From: Capsulimonadaceae bacterium
Lineage (GTDB): Bacteria; Armatimonadota; Armatimonadia; Armatimonadales; Capsulimonadaceae
Direction: 5' to 3'
Assembly: GCA_965215505.1 (NCBI GenBank)
Contig: OZ244065.1
Coordinates: 2,336,001 to 2,400,000, forward strand
Length of the DNA stretch: 64,000 bases
Of the stretch, positions 36,969-46,966 are shown piece after piece. The notes beneath the pieces were generated by a model. That model made no database searches and was not told the DNA's origin. It saw nothing but the letters and a program-made list of their open reading frames with translations. Each line of letters starts with the position of its first letter. Within the stretch, counting starts at the first letter, position 1. A program made the translations under genes and the position numbers.

Positions 36969-38148
36969 ATGACCTACCACGACGATTCTGCTCTATCGGC
37001 AGCCCTTTTGGAGCAGCTCACGACGAGCGGGATGGACGCCCTGCCCGAGCTGTTCCGCGTCCTCCTGAACGCCGCCATGCTCTTCGAGCGGCAGAATCAC
37101 CTGGGAGCGGCCCCGCATGAGCGCACCGAGCAGCGCACGGGCCACGCCAACGGCTACAAGGACAAGACACTCGCCACCCGCCTGGGGCAGATCACCGTCG
37201 CCGTGCCCCAGGTGCGGGAGGGCGGGTTCTACCCGCAGAGCCTGGAGAAAGGCACCCGCTCCGAGCGGGCCTTAAAGCTGGCCCTGGCGGAGATGTACGT
37301 TCAGGGCGTCTCCACCCGCAAAGTCGCGGCCATCACCGAGCAGCTTTGCGGCTTCGAGGTTTCCTCGGGTTAGGTCAGCCGCGCCGCTCACGAACTCGAC
37401 GGCGTGCTGGACGCCTGGCGGCAGCGCCCGCTCGCGGCCTGCCCGTACCTGCTGCTGGACGCCCGCTACGAGAAGGTGCGCCAGGGCGGGGTCGTGCAGG
37501 ACGCCGCTGTGCTGATCGCCATGGGCGTAGACGCGCAGGGCAAGCGGCAGGTGCTGGGCGTCTCCGTGGCGCTGTCCGAGAAAGAAGTGCACTGGCGCTC
37601 GTTCCTGCAAAGCCTCGTCCAGCGCGGGCGGCGGGGAGTGCGCCTGATCGTCAGCGACGCCCACGAGGGGCTGAAGGCGGCGAGGCTCGCGGTGCTGGGC
37701 GGCATCCCGTGGCAGCGCTGCCAGTTCCATCTTCAGCAGAGCGCCTCGGCCTATGTGCCACGTCAGGACATCAAAGCACAGGTCGCCGCAGACATCAGGG
37801 CCGTCTTCAGCGCCCAGGACAGAGCCGAAGCCGACGCGCTGCTGAAACGGACGGTGCAGAAGTACGCGCAGACAGCCCCGAGACTCGCCGCTTGGATGGA
37901 AGAGAACCTGCCCGAAGGCTTGACGGTGTTCGCGCTTCCTGAGCCGCACCACCGCTTGCTACGGACGACTAACAGCGTCGAGCGGGTCAATCGAGAAGTG
38001 CGCCGCAGGACGCGGGTGGCCAAGCATCTTCCCGAACGAGGCGTCGTGCCTGCGGCTGGCGAGCGCGGTACTGATGGAGATCAGCGACGACTGGCAGGCG
38101 GGCAAAGCCTACTTGACCTTCACGGAACAGGCCATCACGAACCCGTAG
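36969..38148 (+). pseudogene. IS256-family (Mutator-like) transposase pseudogene
   Basis: EMYVQGVSTRKV, LLDARYEK, VSDAHEGL, WQRCQFH and RTTNSVERVNRE. In-frame TAG at 37371, and a +1 frameshift at about 38022 before SIFPNEASCLRL. Confidence 0.9.
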
Positions 38149-38404
38149 ACACGCAAGGATGCTCCCAGCTTTTACAGAAACAACTTGACACTATCCCTCC
38201 CCCTCCATCTTCTCCAACCGCAGAGTGTTTAAGGCACCTGTCATCGTGATCCGGCAGTAACAAAAGATGAACCATTCACCCTTACAGCCGTTCTCGCGTT
38301 GCCGAAAACTGGTGCAATCGAGCGAGTTTTCACATAAAGTGGCATAAAACCGGGGACCGACTGCGCCCAATCATATATGCCGTCAAAAAGGGTATATATA
38401 GGCC

Positions 38405-38698
38405 ATGACAAGCAACCACAAGCTGACCGGCGTTCTCCAGGGCCGGACGATCAATGGCACTTCCAACTCGGGCGACACCATGACCATCTATTTCACGGAC
38501 GGCTCCTCGATGGCCGTGCAGACGGCGGGGTCGTCCAATAGCGCGTCGAGCGGCGGCACGGTCCAGGCTGTGCGGCAGCAGGGGACGACGCTGGAACTGG
38601 CGTTTGAGGGGGGCGGGACGATGGAAGTCCCGCTGGCGGAAGAAACGTCGAGCGTCATGGTGCGGGACAAGGGCGGCACGATGGAGTACGCGGACTAG
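38405..38698 (+). CDS. small beta-rich hypothetical protein
   Basis: 97 aa with backbone-like codon usage and a weak two-fold internal repeat. Confidence 0.6.
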   Translation: MTSNHKLTGVLQGRTINGTSNSGDTMTIYFTDGSSMAVQTAGSSNSASSGGTVQAVRQQGTTLELAFEGGGTMEVPLAEETSSVMVRDKGGTMEYAD

Positions 38699-38712
38699 CG
38701 GGAAGGCGCGGG

Positions 38713-40614
38713 CTAGGGCGTCGGCCCGCCGACGGTCGCGGCCAGGAGGCAGACGTCGTCGTGCTGGATGCCGCCCGCGTAGTCCCGCACCTCCGAAACG
38801 ATGCGCGTGATCAGCTCCTCGACGGGTTCGCCGGGCCGGCCCGCGCCGAGCATCTCGGCCACGCCCGCGACGCCCAGGAACTCGCCCCGGCTGCGGCCCG
38901 CCTCGGTGACGCCGTCCGTGCAAAAGAACAGGATGTCGCCGGGCGAGAGCGTCACCGACTGCTGCGTGAACCTCCCCCCTTCGGTCAGCCCGAGTACCGG
39001 GCTGATGCCTTCACCGTCCGCCGGCAGTAGCTCGATCAGATTGCTTTCCGCCCGCCGCACCAGGCCGGGGTCGTGGCCGCACGAGAGATAAGTCAATGTG
39101 CGGGAGAGCCGGTCGTAGACGCCGACGAACAGCGTCGCGAAGCCGGTCAGAAGCTCGTTTGCGACGACCGTATGGTTCAGCTCCCGGATGGCCTCATCCA
39201 GCCGGGCCGTCCGGTACAGGCTGTAGCGGAGCATGTTGCGGACCGTCGCCACCTGTGAAGCCGCCGCCAGCCCCTTCCCCGACAGGTCCCCCACCGTGAA
39301 GACGACCCGGCCGTCTTGCAGCACGAAAACGTCCAGGAAGTCGCCGCCGACCTGCGCTTCCGCCAGGGCGGCGTTGTAGTAGTAGGCCATTTTCAGCCCC
39401 GGCACACTGCTGGGCAAGACGGGCAAAAGCGCGTCCTGGAGGGCAAGCGCGATGGCCCGCTCGCGCTGCTGGCTCCGAGCGGCTTCCACCGCAGACCTCG
39501 TCGCCACCGCGACCGCCTCCACCAATGCGACCTCATCCGCCGTCCAGATGCGCGGCGTCTCCCCCATCCCCGCCGTCAAAGTCTTAAGCAGCCGGCCCCC
39601 GCTGAACAGCGGGACGGTGACGGCGGCCCGCAGCCCCAGCCTTGCCCACTGCTCGCGCGACGCGGCGGGCAGACTCGGGGCCTCGGCGTCCTCCACGACT
39701 AGAGTCCGGCCCGGCGCGTGTGCGGCTTCGTCCGACTCGTCCATGGTGAGGAAGCAGGCGTCCGCCCCCAGCAGGTCGCACAGGCCTTCGGTCGCCTCGG
39801 CCTGGACCTGATCGGGGTCCAGCGTTTGCAGGGAGGTCTGGCCGATCCGATTGATCAGGCGCTCGCGGGCCAATAGGTGCGCGATCTGCTGCTCGGCCCG
39901 GCGGCGCTCGCTGATGTCGGAGAAGACCACCAGCCCGCTCCGCACCCGCCCGCCGTCGTCGCGCACCAGGGCCGCGCTGGCCTGGACGAAGACGCGCGTC
40001 CCGTCAGGCCGCTCGACGACCGCATCCTCCTGGATGACGGGTGCCTCACCGCCCAGGACACGGGCCAGACCCATGCTGTGGTCGGGCGCGGAAGTCTGAG
40101 CCGCCTCCAGTGAATGCCCCCAGATGCGCTCCGCCTCCTGGTTGGCGTAGACGAGCCTGCCGGCCTTGTCACTGAGCAGCACGCCCACCGGCGCGGTGTC
40201 CATGACCGCCCGCAGCCGGGCGCGCGCCTCCTCTGACTCGGCCAGCAGCCGCGCGTTCGTCCGCAGCGCCTCCAGGCCGCGCACCAGGAATGCGCCGACC
40301 GACAGCAGCAGGCAAAGCTCGGTCCAGTCGCGCGGCCTGCCGAACGACCCGCCCGCGCCGAGGGGGGTCAGGAAGAGCATGAGGGTCAGGCTGGAGAGTG
40401 TGAGTGTAAGAATCCCCGGCCCGCGCCCGCCGAGGGCCGTGATCAGGGCGACGGCGAGCAGGAAGCCGACGCCGAACGGCCGGACGTGGCCGCCCTCGGT
40501 GCGCGCGACGAAGGACTGGACTAGAAGCAATAGCCAGGTCGTCAGCGCGACCAGCAGCGGCGACAGGAGGTAAGCGCGCGACGGGGAAACGGAGCGCAGG
40601 TTGGGCGTGGTCAA
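38713..40614 (-). CDS. membrane-anchored PAS/GAF PP2C (SpoIIE/RsbU-type) phosphatase
   Basis: TM segments, PAS (YANQEAERIWG), a GAF-like region, VGGDFLD, GDLSGKG, TDGVTEA and HDD. Confidence 0.9.
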   Translation of the reverse strand: MTTPNLRSVSPSRAYLLSPLLVALTTWLLLLVQSFVARTEGGHVRPFGVGFLLAVALITALGGRGPGILTLTLSSLTLMLFLTPLGAGGSFGRPRDWTELCLLLSVGAFLVRGLEALRTNARLLAESEEARARLRAVMDTAPVGVLLSDKAGRLVYANQEAERIWGHSLEAAQTSAPDHSMGLARVLGGEAPVIQEDAVVERPDGTRVFVQASAALVRDDGGRVRSGLVVFSDISERRRAEQQIAHLLARERLINRIGQTSLQTLDPDQVQAEATEGLCDLLGADACFLTMDESDEAAHAPGRTLVVEDAEAPSLPAASREQWARLGLRAAVTVPLFSGGRLLKTLTAGMGETPRIWTADEVALVEAVAVATRSAVEAARSQQRERAIALALQDALLPVLPSSVPGLKMAYYYNAALAEAQVGGDFLDVFVLQDGRVVFTVGDLSGKGLAAASQVATVRNMLRYSLYRTARLDEAIRELNHTVVANELLTGFATLFVGVYDRLSRTLTYLSCGHDPGLVRRAESNLIELLPADGEGISPVLGLTEGGRFTQQSVTLSPGDILFFCTDGVTEAGRSRGEFLGVAGVAEMLGAGRPGEPVEELITRIVSEVRDYAGGIQHDDVCLLAATVGGPTP

Positions 40615-40760
40615 CGGAGTGCAGTGTCCTCACAGGAGCGCCCGGCTGTGACGACAGACACAGGGCCGGAAACTTGCCTGTATTATACCACGTTGGGGGT
40701 AAAGGGTACTATTACGGAAAGAGAGCGCGGCGGCATGGAAGGGCGCAATGAATCGCGCCC

Positions 40761-43706
40761 CTACGCGTCTTTGTCTTTTGCCCGGCGCTTGGCGTCCAGC
40801 AGGCGGTTCGTGTAGCCCCCCTCGGTGCTGCCTCCTGACCCTGGACTTACCGGGGGCTTCGGCTTGGGCGGGAGCGAGGCGACGAAGGGGAATGACTCGT
40901 CGCTGACCTCCTGTGCGCGGGAGGCGCGGCGGTTCAGGAGCTGCTGCGTGGTCGTGGCGTCTTCCTCGGTGGCCTGCGTGCGTGCCGTCGTCTTGCGCTC
41001 CAGGAGGCGGTCCATCTGCGGGGTCGAAGGCTGAACCGTGGGGCGCGCGTTCGCGTCGCGGTAGCCGGCAACTTTCGCCCCGACCACCGACGCGCCGGTC
41101 GTGACGGCCCCGCGCACGGTCGAGGGCCGGATGAGCAGGCGGCGGACGGCGACATCGGCCAGAAACAGCAGGGCGGACCAGAGCAGCAGGAGCGGCCCGA
41201 TGTCGCGGACGCCGACCACCCAGGAGGGGGCGTCGCGATAGATCAGGGCGGCGTCGTTCTGCACCTTACCGCCCGTCCCTTCGGTCAGCCGGGTCAGGAG
41301 CGGCAGGTTCGGCCCCAGTGTCCGGTACTCCGGCGAATACGGTACGACGAGGCTGACGGTCTGCGAGGGCGGGGTCGGGCCGTTCGCGCCCGCATCCCCC
41401 TGGTGGACGTTGACGAGGTACGGGCCGGTCTGGTCGGCGTCAAAGACGCCCTCATAGCGGCCCGGCCCGGTCTGCGAGAGTGTCACCGGCTTCAGGGACA
41501 GGTCGGGGCCGACGACGTTCGCGCTGATCTTGGTGCCGTTGGCGAAACCGCCCGCCGCGTTGAAGGCGTCCACGACCAGGTGGCCCTTGCCGTTCTGGTT
41601 GTCCAGTGTGCTTTGGAAATCGGCGCTGGTGTTCTGGCGCAGCGACCAGCGCAAAGTCTGCGCCCAGAAGCGGGCGTAGCCGGGCCAGCCCAGCCAGTGA
41701 ACGGCCCAGTGCGGGCGGTCGTCGCTGGTGAAGGCGAAGGTCCGGCCCAGGCCGTAGCGCCAGTAGGCGAAGACGGGGTCGCGGTGGTCGGGCGCGGTCA
41801 GGGCGACGACCGCGCCGGGCTTGGCCGAAGACACGTTGTAGCCGAGCAGGGGCGGCTGGGATCCCCAATCGATGCCCGCGATGACCTCGTCGTCGGGGAT
41901 GGGCCGGGCGAGGAACGGCTCCTCGATGATCCGCAGCTTGCTGACCGACTGCTGATCTTTCAGAAGCAGGCGCGGCAGGTCCTCGGGCTTCTCGGCCACA
42001 TAGGCGGTGCCGCCGCCGATGGAGGACAGCGAGGCCAAAAACTGCGCCCCCTGGGCGTCCGCCCCGGTCGCGATGGTGGACAATGTGATGCCCGACTTCT
42101 TGAGGTTTTGCAGGTTGTTCGTGTTCTGGCCGGACTCATTGATGGCGTCGCCGTCGCCCAAAAAGATGATGTGCTTGACCTGGGCGGTCGTGTTGGTCAG
42201 GACGCGGCCCGCCTCCAGGATATAGGGGTCATAGGTCGGCGGGTCGTTCATGTCGGTGAGCGAGGCCATCATGCCCTTGATCTTGTTTTTGTCCGTGACC
42301 GCCTGCATGGGGATTCGCCAGGTCCCGTTGCAGTCTTCCACTCCGATCTGGTCCTGCGGGTCCAGCAGGTCCACGACCGCCTTGGCGGCCTCGATGGACA
42401 TGTTGACGTTGCCCGGCTCTTCCAGGTCCTCGATGACGAGCGCGACGGCGACGGTCGGGAAGCGCTTCTTGTCCTTGATGTCCATCTTGACCGGCAGGGC
42501 CGTCTCGATGGGAGTCCCGGTGTAGGCACCCGCCGCGAACGAGTTCGGCCCGCCCACCATGCCCAAGCCGACGCCGAACTCCTTGGTGGCCGTCTCCAAA
42601 GCGCTCATCTGCCCCGGCCCCAGCTCGTCGGCGGGCACGTCGGACAGGACCACGGCGTCGTAGGAGGCCAGGGCGGCGACACTCGCGGGGATGCCGCCGG
42701 GCGTCTGCACGTCCATGTCTATCTGCTGGGCGGCCAGGGCGTTTTTGATACTTGCTATGCCCGGCGAGGCGGCGTCGGCGATGTAGAGGACGCGGGGGCG
42801 GCCCTGGACGGACACGAACCCGAAGCCGTGGTTGTTCTCGGCGATGGTGTCGTTCGGGGCGGTCAGCACGGCGTCGTACTTGTGGAAGCCCGCGCCATGC
42901 ACGGTTTCGGAGTAGGTGAAGGCGTTCTTGCCGGCCTTGAGCTGGACGGACTGGACTCCGAGCGGCTGCCCGTCGCGCGTCAGCGTCAGAGTCCCCGCTT
43001 GGGCGACGGTGCTGGAGACGACCACGCGGACATCGAAGGGCTGGTCCTGCCGCGCCCGCGTCGGCATGGAAACGTCGTCCACCATCGCCTCGCCGGACGG
43101 TCCGCCGTTCGCCCCCGAACCAAGCGCGGTCGGGGCAACGTCCACGCGGACGCCGTCGGCGCGCAGGCCGTCAATCTCGGTCTCGGCCTCCCCGACATTC
43201 TCATTGCCGTCGGACAGGACGACGATCTTGCGGCCCAGCCCGGACGGGAACGACGACTTCGCCAGCCGCAGCGCCCCGGCCAAATCGGTCGCGTCCCCCG
43301 CGACGGTCGGCTTGCCCTGCTCCAGGGTCTGCATCGTCTCGGACGGGGCTTCGTCCACGTTGGACGTCCGTCCGAACTCGATCACGCCGCCCTGGTCCCC
43401 CACCCGCTTCGACCCCAATGCCTTGTTGATGTACTCGCGCCCGGCCGCCTGCTGGTCATTGCGGACGGACTTGGACACATCCAGCAGGAAGATCGTCGCC
43501 AGCTTGTCCGACCTCTCGACGAGGTGAATGCCCGCCAGGGCGCAGACCAGCAGGGTCGCCAGGAGCGAGCGGGCGACAAGCGCGAGCCGGGCGGTGCCGG
43601 TATCCAGCCCGGCATAGGAGCGCCGCCCGATCCACCAGAACGCCGCGAGGGCGAGTGGCAGCAGGAGCAGGAGCCAGGGACGGTCGAAGGAGACGGGGCT
43701 TTGCAT
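40761..43706 (-). CDS. membrane VWA-domain protein (BatA-like N-terminus, VWA, GATase-like)
   Basis: FDRPWLLLLL, DVSKS, VLSDGNEN, YDAVVLSDVP, GG..SF.AG.Y and GLGRTFAFTSD. Confidence 0.85.
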   Translation of the reverse strand: MQSPVSFDRPWLLLLLPLALAAFWWIGRRSYAGLDTGTARLALVARSLLATLLVCALAGIHLVERSDKLATIFLLDVSKSVRNDQQAAGREYINKALGSKRVGDQGGVIEFGRTSNVDEAPSETMQTLEQGKPTVAGDATDLAGALRLAKSSFPSGLGRKIVVLSDGNENVGEAETEIDGLRADGVRVDVAPTALGSGANGGPSGEAMVDDVSMPTRARQDQPFDVRVVVSSTVAQAGTLTLTRDGQPLGVQSVQLKAGKNAFTYSETVHGAGFHKYDAVLTAPNDTIAENNHGFGFVSVQGRPRVLYIADAASPGIASIKNALAAQQIDMDVQTPGGIPASVAALASYDAVVLSDVPADELGPGQMSALETATKEFGVGLGMVGGPNSFAAGAYTGTPIETALPVKMDIKDKKRFPTVAVALVIEDLEEPGNVNMSIEAAKAVVDLLDPQDQIGVEDCNGTWRIPMQAVTDKNKIKGMMASLTDMNDPPTYDPYILEAGRVLTNTTAQVKHIIFLGDGDAINESGQNTNNLQNLKKSGITLSTIATGADAQGAQFLASLSSIGGGTAYVAEKPEDLPRLLLKDQQSVSKLRIIEEPFLARPIPDDEVIAGIDWGSQPPLLGYNVSSAKPGAVVALTAPDHRDPVFAYWRYGLGRTFAFTSDDRPHWAVHWLGWPGYARFWAQTLRWSLRQNTSADFQSTLDNQNGKGHLVVDAFNAAGGFANGTKISANVVGPDLSLKPVTLSQTGPGRYEGVFDADQTGPYLVNVHQGDAGANGPTPPSQTVSLVVPYSPEYRTLGPNLPLLTRLTEGTGGKVQNDAALIYRDAPSWVVGVRDIGPLLLLWSALLFLADVAVRRLLIRPSTVRGAVTTGASVVGAKVAGYRDANARPTVQPSTPQMDRLLERKTTARTQATEEDATTTQQLLNRRASRAQEVSDESFPFVASLPPKPKPPVSPGSGGSTEGGYTNRLLDAKRRAKDKDA

Positions 43707-43712
43707 GGGCGG

Positions 43713-44216
43713 TTATCGTAACGATAAAGACAGGAACCATGCCATGAATGGCACGGCTAGACGGCCTACGGCCAGGGAAACGCCGCTTCGCGGGGTTGGG
43801 AATTCCCAGTCGGCGGCGCGTTCCATTTTGGCGGAGAGTTTGCCGGCGGCATGATGCTCTTTCTGGCGGTCTACATAGCGGACGATGCGCGGCAGATCAT
43901 TCGAGGTGAAAGTCAAAATCCCATAGCCTTCCTGCCAGTAGAGGCCGTCCTTTGCCTCGGGCAGATGGTTGATGGAATGCGCGGACGCGCCCTTGATGTG
44001 GCGCATGAAGTCCGCAGGAGCCAGGGTTGCCGGCAGAGTGACGGCGAGATGCACATGGTCCGGCATCCCGTTCAGCGCGTGAATGTGAACGTGTAAGATT
44101 TTGCACTTCTGCCGGATGTGCCGGTGCAGTGTCCGCTCCATCTCGTCCGTGACGTAATGCTCCCGCTTGTGCGTCGCCCACACAAAATGCTGAAATGCTT
44201 CCATGTAAATGCCCAT
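43713..44216 (-). CDS. tnpA: IS200/IS605-like Y1 tyrosine transposase (possible REP-associated TnpA)
   Basis: HFVWAT, MPDHVHL (HUH), IKGAS, WQEGYG and the catalytic Y in RYVDRQKEHH. No tnpB. AGGAGG RBS. Confidence 0.88.
   Translation of the reverse strand: MGIYMEAFQHFVWATHKREHYVTDEMERTLHRHIRQKCKILHVHIHALNGMPDHVHLAVTLPATLAPADFMRHIKGASAHSINHLPEAKDGLYWQEGYGILTFTSNDLPRIVRYVDRQKEHHAAGKLSAKMERAADWEFPTPRSGVSLAVGRLAVPFMAWFLSLSLR
43735..43795. repeat. REP-like half element overlapping the tnpA 3' end
   Basis: AACCATGCCATGAATGGCACGGCTAGACGG matches the reverse complement of 49451-49480 with one mismatch. Confidence 0.8.
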
Positions 44217-44254
44217 TAGGCCGCCCTCCTGGCTTTGTCTGAATTCTGAGAGGA

Positions 44255-44391
44255 CCATGTGTTAAAACACACGGCTATTCGGCCTGCGGCCACGAAGTAC
44301 CGCTTCGCGGCACTCGGATGGGATTCTCTTATCCCCGCGAAGCGGGGATTGTTGGCGTCTGCGCCGTCTAGCCGTGTGTTTTAACACATGG
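44255..44391. repeat. REPIN-like inverted-repeat element upstream of tnpA
   Basis: Perfect 23-bp IR CCATGTGTTAAAACACACGGCTA / TAGCCGTGTGTTTTAACACATGG, with an inner CCGCTTCGCGG / CCGCGAAGCGG pair. Confidence 0.85.
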
Positions 44392-44472
44392 CCCCCCGGC
44401 GTGGTCATAGTATGTCTACGCCCCTCCACCGCACTTCGTCTCCTCAGTATACCATGGGGTACACTCAATCCT

Positions 44473-46026
44473 GTGAATGAAACCAAGTACGACGCCATCA
44501 TTATCGGCGCGGGCCACAACGGGCTGGTCTGCGCGTGCTACCTCGCCAAAGCGGGGCATAAAGTCCTGGTCCTGGAGCGGCGGCCGGTCGTCGGGGGCGC
44601 GGTGGTGACGGAGGAGGTCTGGCCGGGCTACAAGATCGACCTCGGATCGTCCGTCCACCTGATGATCCACCGGACGCCCATCGTGGCCGACCTCCACCTG
44701 GCCCGGCACGGGCTGGAATACATCGAGATGGACCCGTGGGCCTCCCTGCCGCTGCCGGGGGGGCGCGCGCTCTGCTTCCACCGGGACCTGGGCAAGACCT
44801 GCGAGAGTATCGCGCAAATCTCGCAGCGCGACGCCGTGGCCTATGAGGACTTCGTCAAGCGGTGGCTGCCGGTCACGCGCGGCGTCTTTGAAGCCTTCCA
44901 GAAGCCGCCGACGATGGCGAGCTTCGGGCGGCACGTCATCTTCGCCAAGTCGCCCGGACGGAATACGGCGGACGCCCTGCGGATGATCGTCTCGGGCTAC
45001 GGGCGGCTGATCCAGGAGACGTTTGAGAGCGTGGAGATGCGCGCGGCCCTGGGCTGGCTGGGCGCGCAGTCCGGCCCCGCGCCGACCGAGCCGGGCACGG
45101 GGCCGTTCGCCGCCTGGTGGGGGGCGGTGCATGAGACGGGCGCGTTCCGGGCAAAGGGCGGGTCGGGGATGCTGACCGTCGCCCTGCGCCGGGCCTTTGA
45201 AGCCCTGGGCGGGACCGTCTTGACGGACGCGGCCGCCGAGCGGATCATCATGGAGGGCGGCGCGGCGCGGGGCGTGGTCGCGGGCGGCGAGACGTATTAC
45301 GCCAACGCAGTTGTCGCCGCCTGCCACGTCCTGACCACATTTCAGAAGCTGCTGCGGCCCGAGGACGTGCCCGCCGACCTGGCGAACCGTCTGAGCGCCG
45401 TGAACGTCGGCAACGGCTTCGGCATGACTGTCCGCTGCGCGGCCTCCGAGTTGCCCGACTACGGGGCGGGTCAGCCCCATCAGGTACATCAAGGGATGCA
45501 GCTACTCTGCCCCACCCCGGAGTTTTTGACGGACGCCTATGCGGACTATGTCGGCGGCCACCCGTCGCGCCGCCCGCCCGTCCTCGCCATGACGTTCACC
45601 GCACTGGACGGCTCAATCGCGCCGCCCGGCAAGCACATCGTTCAGTTGTGGTCCCAATACTTCCCCTACAAGCGCCGCGACGGACGGGACTGGGACGAGG
45701 CGCGGGAGGAGGTGGCCGACACGATCTGCGAGACGCTGTATGCCTACGCCCCCAACATGCGCGGGGCCATCGAGGCCCGCTTCATCCAGACGCCGCTCGA
45801 CCTGGAGCGGACCCTGGGCCTGGTGAACGGCAACGTGATGCACGTCGAGATGTCCCTGGACCAGATGTTCGCCTTCCGCCCGCTGCCCGAGCTGGCCGAA
45901 TACAAGACCCCCGTCCCCGGCCTGTTCCTCTCCGGTGCCAGCACCCACCCCGGCGGGGGCGTCTTCGGGGCCTCGGGCCTGAGCGCGGCGCGGGTGGTGA
46001 GTCAGGCGCTAAAGAAGGGACGGTGA
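44473..46026 (+). CDS. phytoene-desaturase-family FAD oxidoreductase, probable CrtO-type carotenoid ketolase
   Basis: IIGAGHNGL, GGAVVTEE..PGY..D, GNVMHVEMSLDQMFAFRP and HPGGG. GTG start at 44473. Confidence 0.75.
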   Translation: MNETKYDAIIIGAGHNGLVCACYLAKAGHKVLVLERRPVVGGAVVTEEVWPGYKIDLGSSVHLMIHRTPIVADLHLARHGLEYIEMDPWASLPLPGGRALCFHRDLGKTCESIAQISQRDAVAYEDFVKRWLPVTRGVFEAFQKPPTMASFGRHVIFAKSPGRNTADALRMIVSGYGRLIQETFESVEMRAALGWLGAQSGPAPTEPGTGPFAAWWGAVHETGAFRAKGGSGMLTVALRRAFEALGGTVLTDAAAERIIMEGGAARGVVAGGETYYANAVVAACHVLTTFQKLLRPEDVPADLANRLSAVNVGNGFGMTVRCAASELPDYGAGQPHQVHQGMQLLCPTPEFLTDAYADYVGGHPSRRPPVLAMTFTALDGSIAPPGKHIVQLWSQYFPYKRRDGRDWDEAREEVADTICETLYAYAPNMRGAIEARFIQTPLDLERTLGLVNGNVMHVEMSLDQMFAFRPLPELAEYKTPVPGLFLSGASTHPGGGVFGASGLSAARVVSQALKKGR

Positions 46027-46049
46027 TCCTAGTTTGCCCCCGGCTCGGA

Positions 46050-46925
46050 CTACTTGAACTGCTCGCCGCCGAGTACGGTGCCGTCCCCGGCATCCACATA
46101 CACGGATTCATCGCCGATAGGGACGGACCATGCCAGACGCACCTTGGGGGTCGAGGTCCGTTGAGACGCTGTGCCCCCAAATGCTCCGTTCGGCTCGACA
46201 TAGCCCAGCGTGGGCGGGGAAGCGGCCAGCCTCGCTCCGCGCGGGCGGGTGTATGGCACGGTGCTGCGCCGGGCGTACCAGTTCCGGCGGGCGGTGCGGG
46301 CACGAGCGGTCGCTTGATCCCGCGTCAGCCTCCGCGTCCAGCTTACGGGCACGAGGTTCCAGTGCTGGGCGAGAAAGACGAGCTGCCCGTCTTGGGGGTC
46401 CAGCACGAGCGCCATGACGTTGGCGCGGCCAATGAAATGGTATCCATGGGGTCGGACGCTGAACGTCGCCTCTGTCCCCCTGGCGTTGATGTCAAGCCGT
46501 GCCAGATAAGCCTGTGGAGGAAGCCCGATAGCCCGTGCCAGGTGCCACAGCCGGTCAGTTGCGCTTTTGCGGTCGGCGGGGACAGGGGAAGAGATCTTCT
46601 GCCGGTTGTGGATTCGCTGCCATGTCCGGCGGTTGTTGTCGAAGAAGACGGGCTGGCCGTTGCCGGCGTCAATGTCAACTTCGTAGTCTCCGCCGAAGCT
46701 TACATCCCAGATGACGCCGTTGATCTTGTGATCCAGGCGGGACCTGACGCCCGCGCTGGGGGCGGGCAGGTTGCAGATGTTCAGAAAGCGCCGGGCATCG
46801 GAGACGGCTGCATCTGCCGTGATCTGACCGGGGGCCGGCGCGGACGGTTCATGACGGATGCCTTGGGCCGCTGCACTCGCCGCGATGCACAGGCCGATGA
46901 CAGAGGAGAGACAAGCGTGTTTCAT
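46050..46925 (-). CDS. secreted hypothetical protein with PepSY-like repeats
   Basis: Signal peptide and three V.ID..G motifs (VDIDAGNG, LVLDPQDG, VYVDAGDG). Confidence 0.6.
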   Translation of the reverse strand: MKHACLSSVIGLCIAASAAAQGIRHEPSAPAPGQITADAAVSDARRFLNICNLPAPSAGVRSRLDHKINGVIWDVSFGGDYEVDIDAGNGQPVFFDNNRRTWQRIHNRQKISSPVPADRKSATDRLWHLARAIGLPPQAYLARLDINARGTEATFSVRPHGYHFIGRANVMALVLDPQDGQLVFLAQHWNLVPVSWTRRLTRDQATARARTARRNWYARRSTVPYTRPRGARLAASPPTLGYVEPNGAFGGTASQRTSTPKVRLAWSVPIGDESVYVDAGDGTVLGGEQFK

Positions 46926-46966
46926 TGGGGACCGTCAGCTTTCTGAGGCCGGATGGGGGGCAGGCC

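Larger units (their letters stand above)
35089..38193 (+). mobile_element. IS256-family element, interrupted by IS1182
   Basis: Left end rebuilt across the IS1182: GAGTGTAAAATGTTTTCTGTAAAAGC. Reverse complement of the right end: TAGTGTCAAGTTGTTTCTGTAAAAGC. Confidence 0.8.

Noticed and set aside
37371-37373. In-frame TAG as pyrrolysine or read-through
   Set aside because: It fits CAG to TAG in VSS-Q-VS. The same gene has an independent frameshift and a disrupted IR.
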